Shown here in pieces: positions 29,441 through 38,622 of a stretch of DNA of 64,000 nucleotides (within the stretch, counting starts at the first letter, position 1; each line of letters opens with the position of its first letter). The notes beneath the pieces were generated by a model. That model saw only the letters and a list, made by a program, of their open reading frames with translations. It did not search any database and had not been told where the DNA came from. Origin of the DNA: an uncultured delta proteobacterium (GTDB taxonomy: Bacteria > Myxococcota_A > Polyangia > Polyangiales > Polyangiaceae); assembly GCA_963806225.1 (NCBI GenBank), contig CAWDXG010000001.1, forward strand, positions 288,001 to 352,000. The letters are read 5' to 3'. The position numbers and the translations under genes are program-made.

Positions 29441-30544
29441 GTGACATCGGACGACCGCGCACGCCGGCCGGCGCTGCTCGGTGCGCTGGCGCTTCTCGTG
29501 CTGGCGTTGATCCTGGTGTACCGCGCCAGGAAACCGTCGTCGCACTCCTCACCGCCACCCTCGGCGAGCGTTGCCCGGAGGCGGCCAGCGCATCGCGTGC
29601 TGCCGCCGCCGGCAGCGTTGCCGGCCGCGTCCAGCGCGCCCGCGCGCATTCCCGCCGCGTCCGCGCCAGCCCGGCGTGCGGGGGCGAAGTTCTTCGCCGC
29701 GTGGGGGTCCGGACCGGACCAGCTCGGTCACACGCGCCCCCAGGAGGGAGACCCGATGGGGCCGATGAGCCTGGCGGTCGACGCGCAGGGGCGCACCTAC
29801 ATCCTCGACGAGATCAACGGCCGGATTGTCCGGCGCGACGCCGACGGAAAGCCCGAAGCGACCATCCCGCTGCACCAGCAGACGCCCGACGATATCGCGA
29901 TCGCGTCTGACGGCTCGATTGCGGTGCTCGATCGCACCGCCGGCAAGGAAGTGGCGCTCTACGATTCCTCTGGTGCGCTGCAGGGCAGCCTGCCGCTGGT
30001 CGGCAGCGGTCTCACGGATCCGGGGGAGGTCACGAGCATCATCACGGACGGCAACGACGTGTACGCCGAGCTGGAGCACGACAAGCTGGTCAAGCTCGGC
30101 GACACGAGCGGTACCGCCGCCAGTTCCCGCACCACGCTCTCCGGTCGCCCCAGCCGCGACGGAAAATCGCTGCTGTCGGCCGTGATCGCCGACGCGAACG
30201 CCGGTCGCGTACGCGTCACGAGCATCGTGCGTGCGAGCGGCGCCGTACGCTTCGCTCGCGACATCGCGCTGGTCCCGATTATCCACCAGATCCTGCTGCT
30301 CGACACGGATCTCTCGGGCACCATCTACTTCGCCGTGGAGTTCCAGCGCCCAGGCGCGGCGGCCAAGGTGACGCTCTCGTGTCTCGATGCCGAGACGGGC
30401 GCGGTCATCGGCGGCGCGCTCCTGCCGGCGAACACGATGCCCGAGGAGAGCTTCCGTGACTTTGCCGTGCTCGACGACGGCGGCGTCATCTACGCCCTGC
30501 GCTCCAACGCCGGGGTGACGTACCAGCGCTACTACTGCGGCTGA
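29441..30544 (+). CDS. Membrane-anchored NHL/beta-propeller protein
   Basis: N-terminal TM; GPMSLAVDAQGRTYILD, DDIAIASDGSIAVLD, RDFAVLDDGGVIY. Confidence 0.7.
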   Translation: MTSDDRARRPALLGALALLVLALILVYRARKPSSHSSPPPSASVARRRPAHRVLPPPAALPAASSAPARIPAASAPARRAGAKFFAAWGSGPDQLGHTRPQEGDPMGPMSLAVDAQGRTYILDEINGRIVRRDADGKPEATIPLHQQTPDDIAIASDGSIAVLDRTAGKEVALYDSSGALQGSLPLVGSGLTDPGEVTSIITDGNDVYAELEHDKLVKLGDTSGTAASSRTTLSGRPSRDGKSLLSAVIADANAGRVRVTSIVRASGAVRFARDIALVPIIHQILLLDTDLSGTIYFAVEFQRPGAAAKVTLSCLDAETGAVIGGALLPANTMPEESFRDFAVLDDGGVIYALRSNAGVTYQRYYCG

Positions 30545-32277
30545 CGCCCCAGTTCCCACTTCAAGCCGCCCGCGCTTCCCGAAACTGCCAGGCGCCGCCC
30601 GTGCACCCCCTCCAGGTGACACCAGGTGCACAGAGCGATCACGTTGTCGTCCTCGTCGCTGCCCCCCTGTGACCGGAACTGCACGTGGTGCGGCGTTACA
30701 TCATGCCGCGAGCACACGGGACTCGAGCACGTGTAGCGGTCGCGCGCGTAGATGTGGGCGTATTTCTCGCTGCGCACGGTGAGGTGCCGCCACGCTTTCC
30801 AGAACTGGTCGCACAGGAAGCGCACGAAGCTCGTGCAGCGCGACAGGTGCTTGTGCATCACGCCGGCGAGGGCCCGCCAGAAGCGCGCCGTGTCCCGCGC
30901 CACCCGCAGATCCACCCGCACGCTTGCCGGGCCCGCGCCCAGCGCGGCGGACATCTGGCCTTGTGCTTCGAGCACTGCGTCGCGGTCGCCGGAGAGCACG
31001 TGCGACTCGAGCTCCCGGATCTCCCGCAGCGTCTCTTCCGGCGGCGGCACTGCCCGCCCCCCGACGCCGCGCGAGAGCTCGGCGGCGCGCACGTCTTCTT
31101 CAAGGTGCTTCACCGTGCGCGCCCGCGCTCGCTCGATCCAGGCGCCGGCCGTCTCCGCGGTCGCGACCCGCGAGATCAACAGCGCCGCTTCGTACCCGAT
31201 CTCGCCCGCACCCAGTGCGCCTCGCACCCGCGGGCACCAGCGCCGTGCCAGCGCGATCTTCGCCTTGAAGCTCGACGGCGAAATCCCGAGGCGCTCGCGG
31301 ACGTATTGCGACTCGGTGGCGTAGCCGAGCCGACGCCAGCCTTCGGCTTCATGGAATGCCCGCGCGGCCCGGCCCAGCTCCACCTCGCGCTGGGAAAGCT
31401 CCCGCGAAAGCTGGCCGATCCGCGCATCCAGCGCCCGCAGGCTCCGGGGCAGCTCGAAGACCACCGCCGCCTGTTTCCCGCCGGGACCCCGCGCATGGAA
31501 GTTCTCCTCGCAGCGCTCCTCCGATTCCTCGCGCCAGGCGTCGAGCTGTTGCCTCCACCTGGCAACTGCATCTGCTTCGCGCTCGCTCTGTTCGAATGCC
31601 TCCAGATCGTTTGCGGGCAGGACATGGGAGAGCGAGCTGTAGCTCTCCGAAAGCAGCGCATGCACGAAGCCCTCTGTCGTGCGCTCTCCGAAAGCGTGCT
31701 CGGCGAAGCGCCGCGTCCACTGCCACAGCCACGCATCCGCCGCGCCCAGCGTCATGCCGAGCGTTACCATGTCGAGATCCGCTCGTTGAACGCGCTCGCT
31801 CGAGGGCTTGTCCACCTCGCTCGAGTCGGGCTTTGTGACCAGCAGCGCCCGCATCTCGCGTACCGTCGAGCGCAACGCCAGCTCCGTCAGCGCCGTGTCC
31901 GTCTTCGCGGTTGCATGGCGCGCGACGAGCTCCGCCATGCACCATCCCACCGCGCCGCCGGCGAGCGCGGCGCGGAGCTGCGGTAGCTTCGCCACACGCT
32001 GTGCGAGCAGGCGCGACTCGCCCGCCCAGCGAGCGCTCCGCCCGCACCGCTCGCGCGCATACGCGCCGAGCGACGAGAACCCGAGCTCGTGATGCCCGCC
32101 TCGTTGCGCCAAGAACTCCAGCAGCTCGCCCAGCACCAGCCGCGTCTGGCTCTCGCCCCGCACCAGCTTGGTCAGCCGCGCGTCGAGCCGCACCACCTCG
32201 CCCGGCGGGGCCGCACGCGCCCGGCACACCCCCGCGTTGGACGGCCGCGTCCAAGCGACGGCGCCCCCAGAAAACAT
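30532..32277 (-). CDS. HNH endonuclease with long helical N-terminus (DUF222/13E12-like architecture)
   Basis: RDRYTCSSPVC...HHVQFRSQGGSDEDDNVIALCTWCH...H; duplicated N-terminal module (LGFSSLGAYARERCG / LGYATESQYVRERLG). Confidence 0.85.
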   Translation of the reverse strand: MFSGGAVAWTRPSNAGVCRARAAPPGEVVRLDARLTKLVRGESQTRLVLGELLEFLAQRGGHHELGFSSLGAYARERCGRSARWAGESRLLAQRVAKLPQLRAALAGGAVGWCMAELVARHATAKTDTALTELALRSTVREMRALLVTKPDSSEVDKPSSERVQRADLDMVTLGMTLGAADAWLWQWTRRFAEHAFGERTTEGFVHALLSESYSSLSHVLPANDLEAFEQSEREADAVARWRQQLDAWREESEERCEENFHARGPGGKQAAVVFELPRSLRALDARIGQLSRELSQREVELGRAARAFHEAEGWRRLGYATESQYVRERLGISPSSFKAKIALARRWCPRVRGALGAGEIGYEAALLISRVATAETAGAWIERARARTVKHLEEDVRAAELSRGVGGRAVPPPEETLREIRELESHVLSGDRDAVLEAQGQMSAALGAGPASVRVDLRVARDTARFWRALAGVMHKHLSRCTSFVRFLCDQFWKAWRHLTVRSEKYAHIYARDRYTCSSPVCSRHDVTPHHVQFRSQGGSDEDDNVIALCTWCHLEGVHGRRLAVSGSAGGLKWELGRQPQ

Positions 32278-32283
32278 GCGGGA

Positions 32284-32312
32284 AACCTAGTGACAGCTGA
32301 ACAGATGTCAAG
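32284..32312 (-). promoter_or_regulatory. Sigma70-like promoter for the HNH gene, overlapped by a LexA-like palindrome
   Basis: Minus strand TTGACA (32311-06), 16 bp, TAGGTT (32289-84), 6 nt before ATG; palindrome TGACAGCTG-AA-CAGATGTCA at 32291-32310. Confidence 0.6.
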
Positions 32313-32564
32313 TACCAGATGAGGATATTCCAGTCCGGACCCGGGGCAGCGCGCCGGCTCGCGAAGGCGCCCGCCGCTGGCGCCAGCACGCACTGCTCGA
32401 CAGCGGGCGAGCGTCCGCGCCAGGACGCAGTGCCCGACACGGAGCCGGTTGTGCCGCCGCCGCCGCCGCTACCCGCGGGTGGCCGCTCCGGGCATCGCTT
32501 TGGCCGGTCGGGTCAACGACCGGAGGTGGGTGGATGTGCGACCGTCACCCTGGACGGTGAACTC

Positions 32565-34093
32565 ATGAAAAAGCGCGCGATTCAGGGACTCTGGGCGATG
32601 GGGCTGATGCTGCTGGTGGGCTGCGGCGGGGTGCAGGACCAGACGACGGCGAACGAACGGCTCGTTCCGGTGCCGGTCCAGGATGGCGACCCGGCCAACG
32701 GCGCCGTGTTCGCGACGGACGTGTCGTTCTGGGAGACGCCGCTCTCGCAGGCCGAGATGGACTGCTTCTGGGATTCGGGTGTCCGACACGTCATCGTCGG
32801 CACGCAGGAGGAGGCCATCACGCGCGAGCAGCTCGCGATGGCGGTCTCGCGCGGCATGACCGTGGACGCCTATGTCTACCTCTACTGGGACACCGACATG
32901 ACGGCGCAGGTGAAGCGGGCGTTTTCGCGCGTCTCGGGTTTTCCCATCGGTCGCATGTGGCTCGACATCGAGCAGGACCCGGGAAGCCTCGGTGCGGCGG
33001 CCGTCGTTTCGGATATCCAGCAGGCGGTCACGGCGTGCCAGGCCCAGGGCGGCGTCGAATGTGGGATCTACACCGGCAAGGGCTTCTGGCAGACGTACGC
33101 GGGCGATACCCAGGCGTTCTCGGACGTGCCGCTGTGGTGGGCCCACTACGACGGCAAGACGTTGCTCTCGACCTGGGCCGACGACGCCTTCGGCGGCTGG
33201 ACGATCCGGTCGCCAAGCAGTGGGCGACGAAGCCGCTGTGCGGCATCGGCGGCACCGACTGGGACTCGATGCAGGTCAGCGCGACGCCGACGGTCGTCGT
33301 CGATCGCAGCACGTCGCCCGACACCGGCGCGGTGCCGCCGGCTCCGACGGGTCTCTGGCCGGCGAACGGCGCGCAGCTGACCGACGACTACGCGAAGGTG
33401 ATGAGCGAGCTGGTTCCGCGCGCGACGCTCTACGACATCGCCGTGGAGCGCTACATCGGCTCGAGCTGGACCACGTACTACACGTGGAAGAATCCGAACG
33501 CGTTCGTGAAGTTCTATCCGAACACGCCGAACGCGCTCTACCGCTTCCGGGTGCGCGCGCACAACTCGCACGGGATCGGGCCGTGGTCGGCGTGGTCGGT
33601 CTTCGAATTCGGGGACTACAACGGTACCTGGCCCAACACGACGCCTCCGCCGCCTCCCGCCCAGGATGCCGGAGCGCCGCCTCCCGCCCAGGATGCCGGA
33701 GCGCCGCCGAGCGCCGACGCCGGCGCGCCGCCGAGCGCCGACGCCGGCGCGCCGCCCTCCCAGGACGCCGGAGCGCCGCAGACGGACGCGGGGACTCCGC
33801 CTCCGCCGCCCTCCGGTGTTCCCGGCAACCTGACGCCCGATGGGGATCCGCTGCTCTCGACGTCCAGCGTCACGCTGTCGTGTTCGGCCGTTTCCGGCGC
33901 CACCGCGTACGAGTTCGCGATCGAGTTCCAGAGTGCGAGCGGCTTCTCGCCTTACTACACGTACCCGGCGACCAGCCCGTCGCGAACGTTCTACCCGCAG
34001 ATCCACGGTACCGATTACCGCTGGCGCGTGCGCGCGAAGGTCGCCGGGGCGTTCGGCGATTGGTCGAGCTACGCCACCTTCCAGTACAAGTAG
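32565..34093 (+). pseudogene. GH25 lysozyme-FN3-FN3 lipoprotein split by a 1-nt frameshift near 33203 (real lesion or assembly error)
   Basis: Lipobox LVGC, DVSFWE, WLDIE, GIYT, PLWWAHY, FGGWT in one frame; PVAKQW...FN3 (YRFRVRAHNSHGIGPWS, YRWRVRA..GDWS) continues in another. Adding one base gives ACG GAT CCG and joins them. Confidence 0.8.
33645..33810 (+). repeat. DAGAPP linker repeats
   Basis: Paired 24-bp units (AQDAGAPP x2, SADAGAPP x2) plus degenerate copies. Confidence 0.8.
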
Positions 34094-34154
34094 GCCGGCT
34101 CCGGGCTTCGGGCTCCGGTTGGTGCAACGCGCGGGGTGATCTAGCCTCCCAGGT

Positions 34155-35165
34155 GTGGCAGTTCGCGCTCCCACCATTGCCAGCGGCGCGATCCGGAAGC
34201 TCCTCGATGCGCTGGAGAGCGAAGGCGTAGATCCGGCACCCATGCTCGCCGACGTGGGGCTCGAGGCTGCGCTCGTCGCCGACCAGGACGGTCGCGTTCC
34301 CCTCGAGCGGCTGCACGCGCTCTGGGAGGCGGCGGTGCGAGCGATGCCCCGGATGGAGGCGGCGGTTGTCGGCGCCGAGCGGTATGCCCCGGGCGACTAC
34401 GGCCTGGTCGGTTTCGTCGCGATGAACAGCACGACGCTCGGCGAGGCGATCCGGCACGCCGTGCGCTACCTGGGGCTATGGACGGACGACCCCGGCATCG
34501 AGCTCCACGACGACGGGACGCTCACCGTCTTCTACCGCACCCGCTTCGCCGATCGGTTGGGCCTGCGCCTCGCGACTGAAGCAACTCCCGCCGAGCTGTT
34601 GAACGGCGCGCGGGTAGTTACGCAGAAACGGATCACGCCGCTGGCGGTCCGGTTCGCACATCCGGCGCCCGCCGACACCTCGGCGCACCGGGCGTTCTTC
34701 GGCTGTCCGCTCGAGTTCGGAGCGCCGGACAACGCCATGCGGCTGGAGCCGGCCGACCTGGCGCTCTGCTTGCCCAAAGCCGACGCGCAGCTCGGCGCCT
34801 ATCTGCGCTCGCTCGCGAACCAGGCCCTCGAACGCCGCGGAGGCAGCGAGCCCGGCGAGCTCGGCCGCATCCGCGGAATCATCGCCGAGGAGCTGCAGCG
34901 CGGCGTTCCGACGCAAAGCGTCGTGGCGCAACGCCTCGCCACCAGTGAGCGCACGCTGCGCCGGCGGCTCGAGGCAGAGGGCACCTCGTTCCGGGCGCTG
35001 CTCGACGGGACCCGCGCCGAGCTGGCCAAGAACTATGTCCGCGATCGGAGCCTGCCACTCTCCGAGGTGGCGTTCCTGCTGGGCTTTTCCGAGCCGAGCG
35101 CTTTCCACCGGGCGTTCAAGCGCTGGACCGACTCGACGCCGAGCGCGTGGCGCGCCCGGGCGTAG
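34155..35165 (+). CDS. AraC-family transcriptional regulator (Arabinose_bd_2 type)
   Basis: GDYGLVGF...STTLGEA, FFGCPLEF, SERTLRRRL, VAFLLGFSEPSAFHRAFKRWT. Confidence 0.93.
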   Translation: MAVRAPTIASGAIRKLLDALESEGVDPAPMLADVGLEAALVADQDGRVPLERLHALWEAAVRAMPRMEAAVVGAERYAPGDYGLVGFVAMNSTTLGEAIRHAVRYLGLWTDDPGIELHDDGTLTVFYRTRFADRLGLRLATEATPAELLNGARVVTQKRITPLAVRFAHPAPADTSAHRAFFGCPLEFGAPDNAMRLEPADLALCLPKADAQLGAYLRSLANQALERRGGSEPGELGRIRGIIAEELQRGVPTQSVVAQRLATSERTLRRRLEAEGTSFRALLDGTRAELAKNYVRDRSLPLSEVAFLLGFSEPSAFHRAFKRWTDSTPSAWRARA

Positions 35166-35193
35166 TGCATCGACGCCGCGCCGCGGGACGCGA

Positions 35194-35946
35194 TCAGAAC
35201 GTGTAGCGCAGCGCGGCGGCGATGATGAGGGCGAGGGCCGTCTGGTTGCTGCGCGAGCGGTCGAGGACGGTGTTGTAGTCGCGGACCCCGCCGTTCAGCG
35301 CGAGCGCGTAGTGCGGGTCGATCTGGTACCACTCGAGGCCCAGCGTGCCGCCGTAATACGGGCCAAGCGACGTCGAGTCGTTGTAGCCGTAGGTGATCAG
35401 CGAGTCGTTCGTCACCTTGGCGGCGCCGATGCTGCCCTGTGCGTAGATGCCGAAGCGATCGGTGGGCTTGATGGTCAACCGGGCGCCGCCGCCGAAACTG
35501 AACATGGCGTAGGTACGCGGCGTCGGCGGAGGGTGGGCGTAGGAGGTATTCGAGAGCGTGATGTCGCCCTCGCCGAACAGCATTGCCCACTTCACGGGTT
35601 CGAAGCCGACCTGCAGGTGGAACCACGGCGAGAGCGGAGTAACGCTCTTGAGCGCGCCGAGGTGTTGCAGCGCCCCGATGCTCGACTCGACGACCAGGCC
35701 GTGGTGACGGGGTGGGGGAGGCGGCACCTCGGGCGCCGCGCCCTGGCCCGTGTCCTTCGTCTGGGGCAGGTTGCGCGAGTCGAGCCAGGCGGAGACCTCC
35801 TGCGGCGTGAGCTGGCGTGTCGCCGGTTCGTCCTTGGCGTCGGCAGCGCGCGCGACGGTCGGAAGGAACACGCCCAGAGCCAACGCGCCGGCCCAGAGAG
35901 AGCGGGCGCAGCCGAGCGGACGGTATCTGGAAGCCGGCGGCCGCAT
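35194..35946 (-). CDS. Outer-membrane beta-barrel-like protein
   Basis: Signal peptide; alternating strands; C-terminal LRYTF. Confidence 0.65.
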   Translation of the reverse strand: MRPPASRYRPLGCARSLWAGALALGVFLPTVARAADAKDEPATRQLTPQEVSAWLDSRNLPQTKDTGQGAAPEVPPPPPRHHGLVVESSIGALQHLGALKSVTPLSPWFHLQVGFEPVKWAMLFGEGDITLSNTSYAHPPPTPRTYAMFSFGGGARLTIKPTDRFGIYAQGSIGAAKVTNDSLITYGYNDSTSLGPYYGGTLGLEWYQIDPHYALALNGGVRDYNTVLDRSRSNQTALALIIAAALRYTF

Positions 35947-36002
35947 ACGCGAGGAGCCGTCAAGGTAGCCCGGCTTCTGCCCGAGGTCACGCGGGCCGTG
36001 GG

Positions 36003-36557
36003 TCACATGAAGTCCGAACGGCCCGCCAGGCTTGCGAACGGCAGTCCAGCCTCGCGAATCGTCTCGGCGCCGCCTTCCTCGCGGTCCACGAGCGCCAGGA
36101 TCCCGACCACCGTGGCCCCGGCTCCGGCGAGCGCTTCTACCGCCCGCAGGCTGGAGCCGCCGGTGGTGACCACATCTTCCAGCAACACGACCCGGATGCC
36201 GGGAAACAGCGACTTGTCGCCTTCCACGAGCTTGGCGCTGCCGTGGTCCTTCTGCGCCTTGCGGACGTAGAGTGCCGGCAGATCGCGCCCCTGCTGGTGG
36301 CTGACGAGAGAGACGGCGCTGGCCAGTGGGCAGCCGCCGAGCTCCACGCCGCCGACGGCGTCGCACCCGGGCAGCTCGGCGAGCGCCTGGAACATCAGCT
36401 CGCCGACGAGCGCGTGGCCCTCGGCGGTGAGCACGGTCTGCTTGCAGTCGATGAAGAAGTCGCTCTCGCGCCCCGAGGCGAGGACCACGCGCTTCTTCGC
36501 GAAGCTGCGCTCGCGGAGCAGCTCGACAAGGCGCTGGCGTCGCTTCTCGTCGATCAC
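36003..36557 (-). CDS. pyrE: Orotate phosphoribosyltransferase
   Basis: LASGRESDFFIDCK, VRK..KDHG, LEDVVTTGGS, VDREEGG. Confidence 0.93.
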   Translation of the reverse strand: MIDEKRRQRLVELLRERSFAKKRVVLASGRESDFFIDCKQTVLTAEGHALVGELMFQALAELPGCDAVGGVELGGCPLASAVSLVSHQQGRDLPALYVRKAQKDHGSAKLVEGDKSLFPGIRVVLLEDVVTTGGSSLRAVEALAGAGATVVGILALVDREEGGAETIREAGLPFASLAGRSDFM

Positions 36558-36560
36558 GCG

Positions 36561-37136
36561 CTACCTGCGGGTCTTCTTCTTCTTCTTGCGACCGCGCGTG
36601 CGCTTGCTGAGAGCCGGGACCACGGGAGGCGGGGGACGCCGCTTGGCCGCCTTCTTGCGCGGGGCCGCCTTTGCTGCCCGGGCCGGCGCCGCGGCCTTCT
36701 TCTTCGGGCTGCGGCGCGGAGCGGGCGCCGGGCGCGCGGCCCGCGGCGGTGCCGGCTCCTCGTGCTGGGCCGGCGTCTCGCTGCGTGCGCTCCGGGCGCG
36801 CGCAGCGGGTGCTGCGGGCTCGCCGTCGGTGCGCACGTTGCCGCGCACCAGCGCGCCGTCGGCGATGCCGATGCTGGGCCCACCGAGGTCGCCGACCACA
36901 CGCGCGCTGCTCTCCAGCAGCACCGCGTCCGTGCCGTGCAGGTTGCCGGCTACGGCTCCCGCCACCGAAATACGCGCGCCGCTCACGTTGCCCTTGACGG
37001 CGCCGTGCTCGCCGAGCGTCACGTCGCCGTCGACGTTGACGTCGCCCTCGACGCGCCCGTCGATCACGAGCGAACCCTCGCCGCGCACGTTGCCGCGCAC
37101 GACCGTTCCCTGTCCGATTGTCGAAGCAGCCGCCAT
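36561..37136 (-). CDS. Bactofilin with long Pro/Lys/Arg-rich C-terminal tail (BacP-like)
   Basis: STIGQGTVVRGNVRGEGSLVIDGRVEG...IADGALVRGNV; tail ending RGRKKKKKTRR. Confidence 0.85.
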   Translation of the reverse strand: MAAASTIGQGTVVRGNVRGEGSLVIDGRVEGDVNVDGDVTLGEHGAVKGNVSGARISVAGAVAGNLHGTDAVLLESSARVVGDLGGPSIGIADGALVRGNVRTDGEPAAPAARARSARSETPAQHEEPAPPRAARPAPAPRRSPKKKAAAPARAAKAAPRKKAAKRRPPPPVVPALSKRTRGRKKKKKTRR

Positions 37137-37147
37137 CGGTACTCCGC

Positions 37148-37463
37148 TCAGACTTCCATGTCGACGTTGCCCTTGAACGAGGCTCCGTCTGCGATAGTAA
37201 GCCGCGACGACTTCACGTCGCCGACGAGTCGTCCGCCGGCTTGCAGGTCGACCCGCTCGGCGACGTTGACGTTGCCCGTGACCTGCCCGGCGACGCTGAG
37301 CGCGGAGGCGCTGATGTCCGCCTCGACATTGCCGTCGGAATCCGACGCTGACCGCGTCGCTGCTGCTCAGGGTCCCGCGCAGGGTGCCGTGCACAACGAC
37401 CTCTTCGTCGCTCGTGACCTCACCTTCGACCGTGAGCCCTTCGCCAATCACCGTGCCTGCCAT
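37148..37463 (-). pseudogene. Bactofilin with a +1 frameshift near 37339 (real lesion or assembly error)
   Basis: MAGTVIGEGLTVEGEV...AVSVG; removing one T restores SDGNVEADISASALSVAGQVTGNV...LTIADGASFKGNVDMEV* with stop at 37148. Confidence 0.85.
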
Positions 37464-37502
37464 CTCGCCTCGCTTAAAAGTGGGTGGGGTAGGGGGAGAG
37501 CG

Positions 37503-37865
37503 TCAGCGGCGGCGCCGCGTCGCCTCCAAATCCAGCTCGAAATCGGTCTCGAGACGCACGGCCACGCGCGCGCCCGGTTCGATCGTTACGCGCGAGCCCG
37601 AGAGCTCGCCCCGGACCACGGCGCCGGCGCGCACCAGGACCGGCCCGCGGGCCACCACGTCGCCCAGCAGCGTGCCGGCTACCTCGAGTGATTCGGCGTG
37701 GACGTTGCCTTCCACGGCCCCGCCCTCCGCGATCTCGGCGGGGCCCGTGATGGCCAGATCGCCGCGGAGTTGGCCCTCCACGCGGAGCCCGCCTTCGCCG
37801 TTGACCCGCCCGGTCAGCCGCGTTGCCGCACCGAGCACGCTCATGTCGGGGTTGTGCTTTGCCAT
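37503..37865 (-). CDS. Bactofilin
   Basis: SVLGAATRLTGRVNGEGGLRVEGQLRG...IEPGARV. Confidence 0.88.
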   Translation of the reverse strand: MAKHNPDMSVLGAATRLTGRVNGEGGLRVEGQLRGDLAITGPAEIAEGGAVEGNVHAESLEVAGTLLGDVVARGPVLVRAGAVVRGELSGSRVTIEPGARVAVRLETDFELDLEATRRRR

Positions 37866-37905
37866 GGGATCGCGGCGCGCACGCTAGTACAGGCGCGGCT
37901 CGCTG

Positions 37906-38604
37906 TCACCGGGGCGTGGAAGCGGCCAGAACCCGGGCGGCCCGGGAGACGGAGCGGAACAGCCCCCGCGCGTAGAGTAGGCGTTTTTCCGCTTCCGGAA
38001 GGTCGCCCGGCCGCCCGCGGGTGGCGGCCGCCAGTAGTATCGCGGCCGACACGCTCACGTTCAGGCTCTCGACGAAGCCGCGCATGGGGATCCGCACCGA
38101 GCGGGGTGCGGCCTGCTGCAGCGCCTCGCAGATGCCGTCGTGCTCGTTGCCGAGCACCAGCGCCAGCCGCTCGATGCCCGGGAGCTCCGCAGGTAGGAGT
38201 TCCCCTTCCGGGTGCGTCGCCACCAGCTCGAAGCCGCGCCGGCGCAGGGTCGAGATGGCCTCCTCCGGCGTCCGGTGGCGCACCACGTCAATCCAGCGCT
38301 CGGTGCCTTTGGCCACGCCCCCGGAGACGAGAAACGGCTCGTTGCGTGGCACGACGTGCAGCTCCTGCACTCCGAACGCGTCGCACGAGCGCATCACGGC
38401 CGCGCCGTTGTGCGGATCGTGCGGGGCATCCATCAGCACGGTCACGTTGCCGAGTCGCTCTGCGACGACCGAGCGCACGCGCTCGCGCCGCGGCTCCAGC
38501 ACCAGCGGCTCCAGCACGGCGATCACGCCTTCAGCGGTCCAGTCCGCGCTCCACGGCCAGCGGCTGCTGCCCGGTTCGAAGGCGTCCTCGGCGTTGCGGT
38601 CCAC
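37906..38604 (-). CDS. TrmH/SpoU-family RNA methyltransferase
   Basis: [38 protein letters not shown]. Confidence 0.9.
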   Translation of the reverse strand: MDRNAEDAFEPGSSRWPWSADWTAEGVIAVLEPLVLEPRRERVRSVVAERLGNVTVLMDAPHDPHNGAAVMRSCDAFGVQELHVVPRNEPFLVSGGVAKGTERWIDVVRHRTPEEAISTLRRRGFELVATHPEGELLPAELPGIERLALVLGNEHDGICEALQQAAPRSVRIPMRGFVESLNVSVSAAILLAAATRGRPGDLPEAEKRLLYARGLFRSVSRAARVLAASTPR

Positions 38605-38622
38605 GCGGCGGCACCCGCGGGT

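Noticed and set aside
30532..32277. IscB/Cas9/TnpB-type RNA-guided nuclease or IS element
   Set aside because: No RuvC motifs, transposase, terminal inverted repeats or target duplication seen; only an HNH domain.
32340..32480. Possible decayed MYXO-CTERM tail on the minus strand (GSGGGGGTTGSVSG...AGAFASRR)
   Set aside because: No conserved Cys or clean hydrophobic helix; similarity too weak.
36561..37463. Genuine 300-aa double-bactofilin fusion protein
   Set aside because: Explained by a single-base insertion; the middle segment is off-frame sequence.
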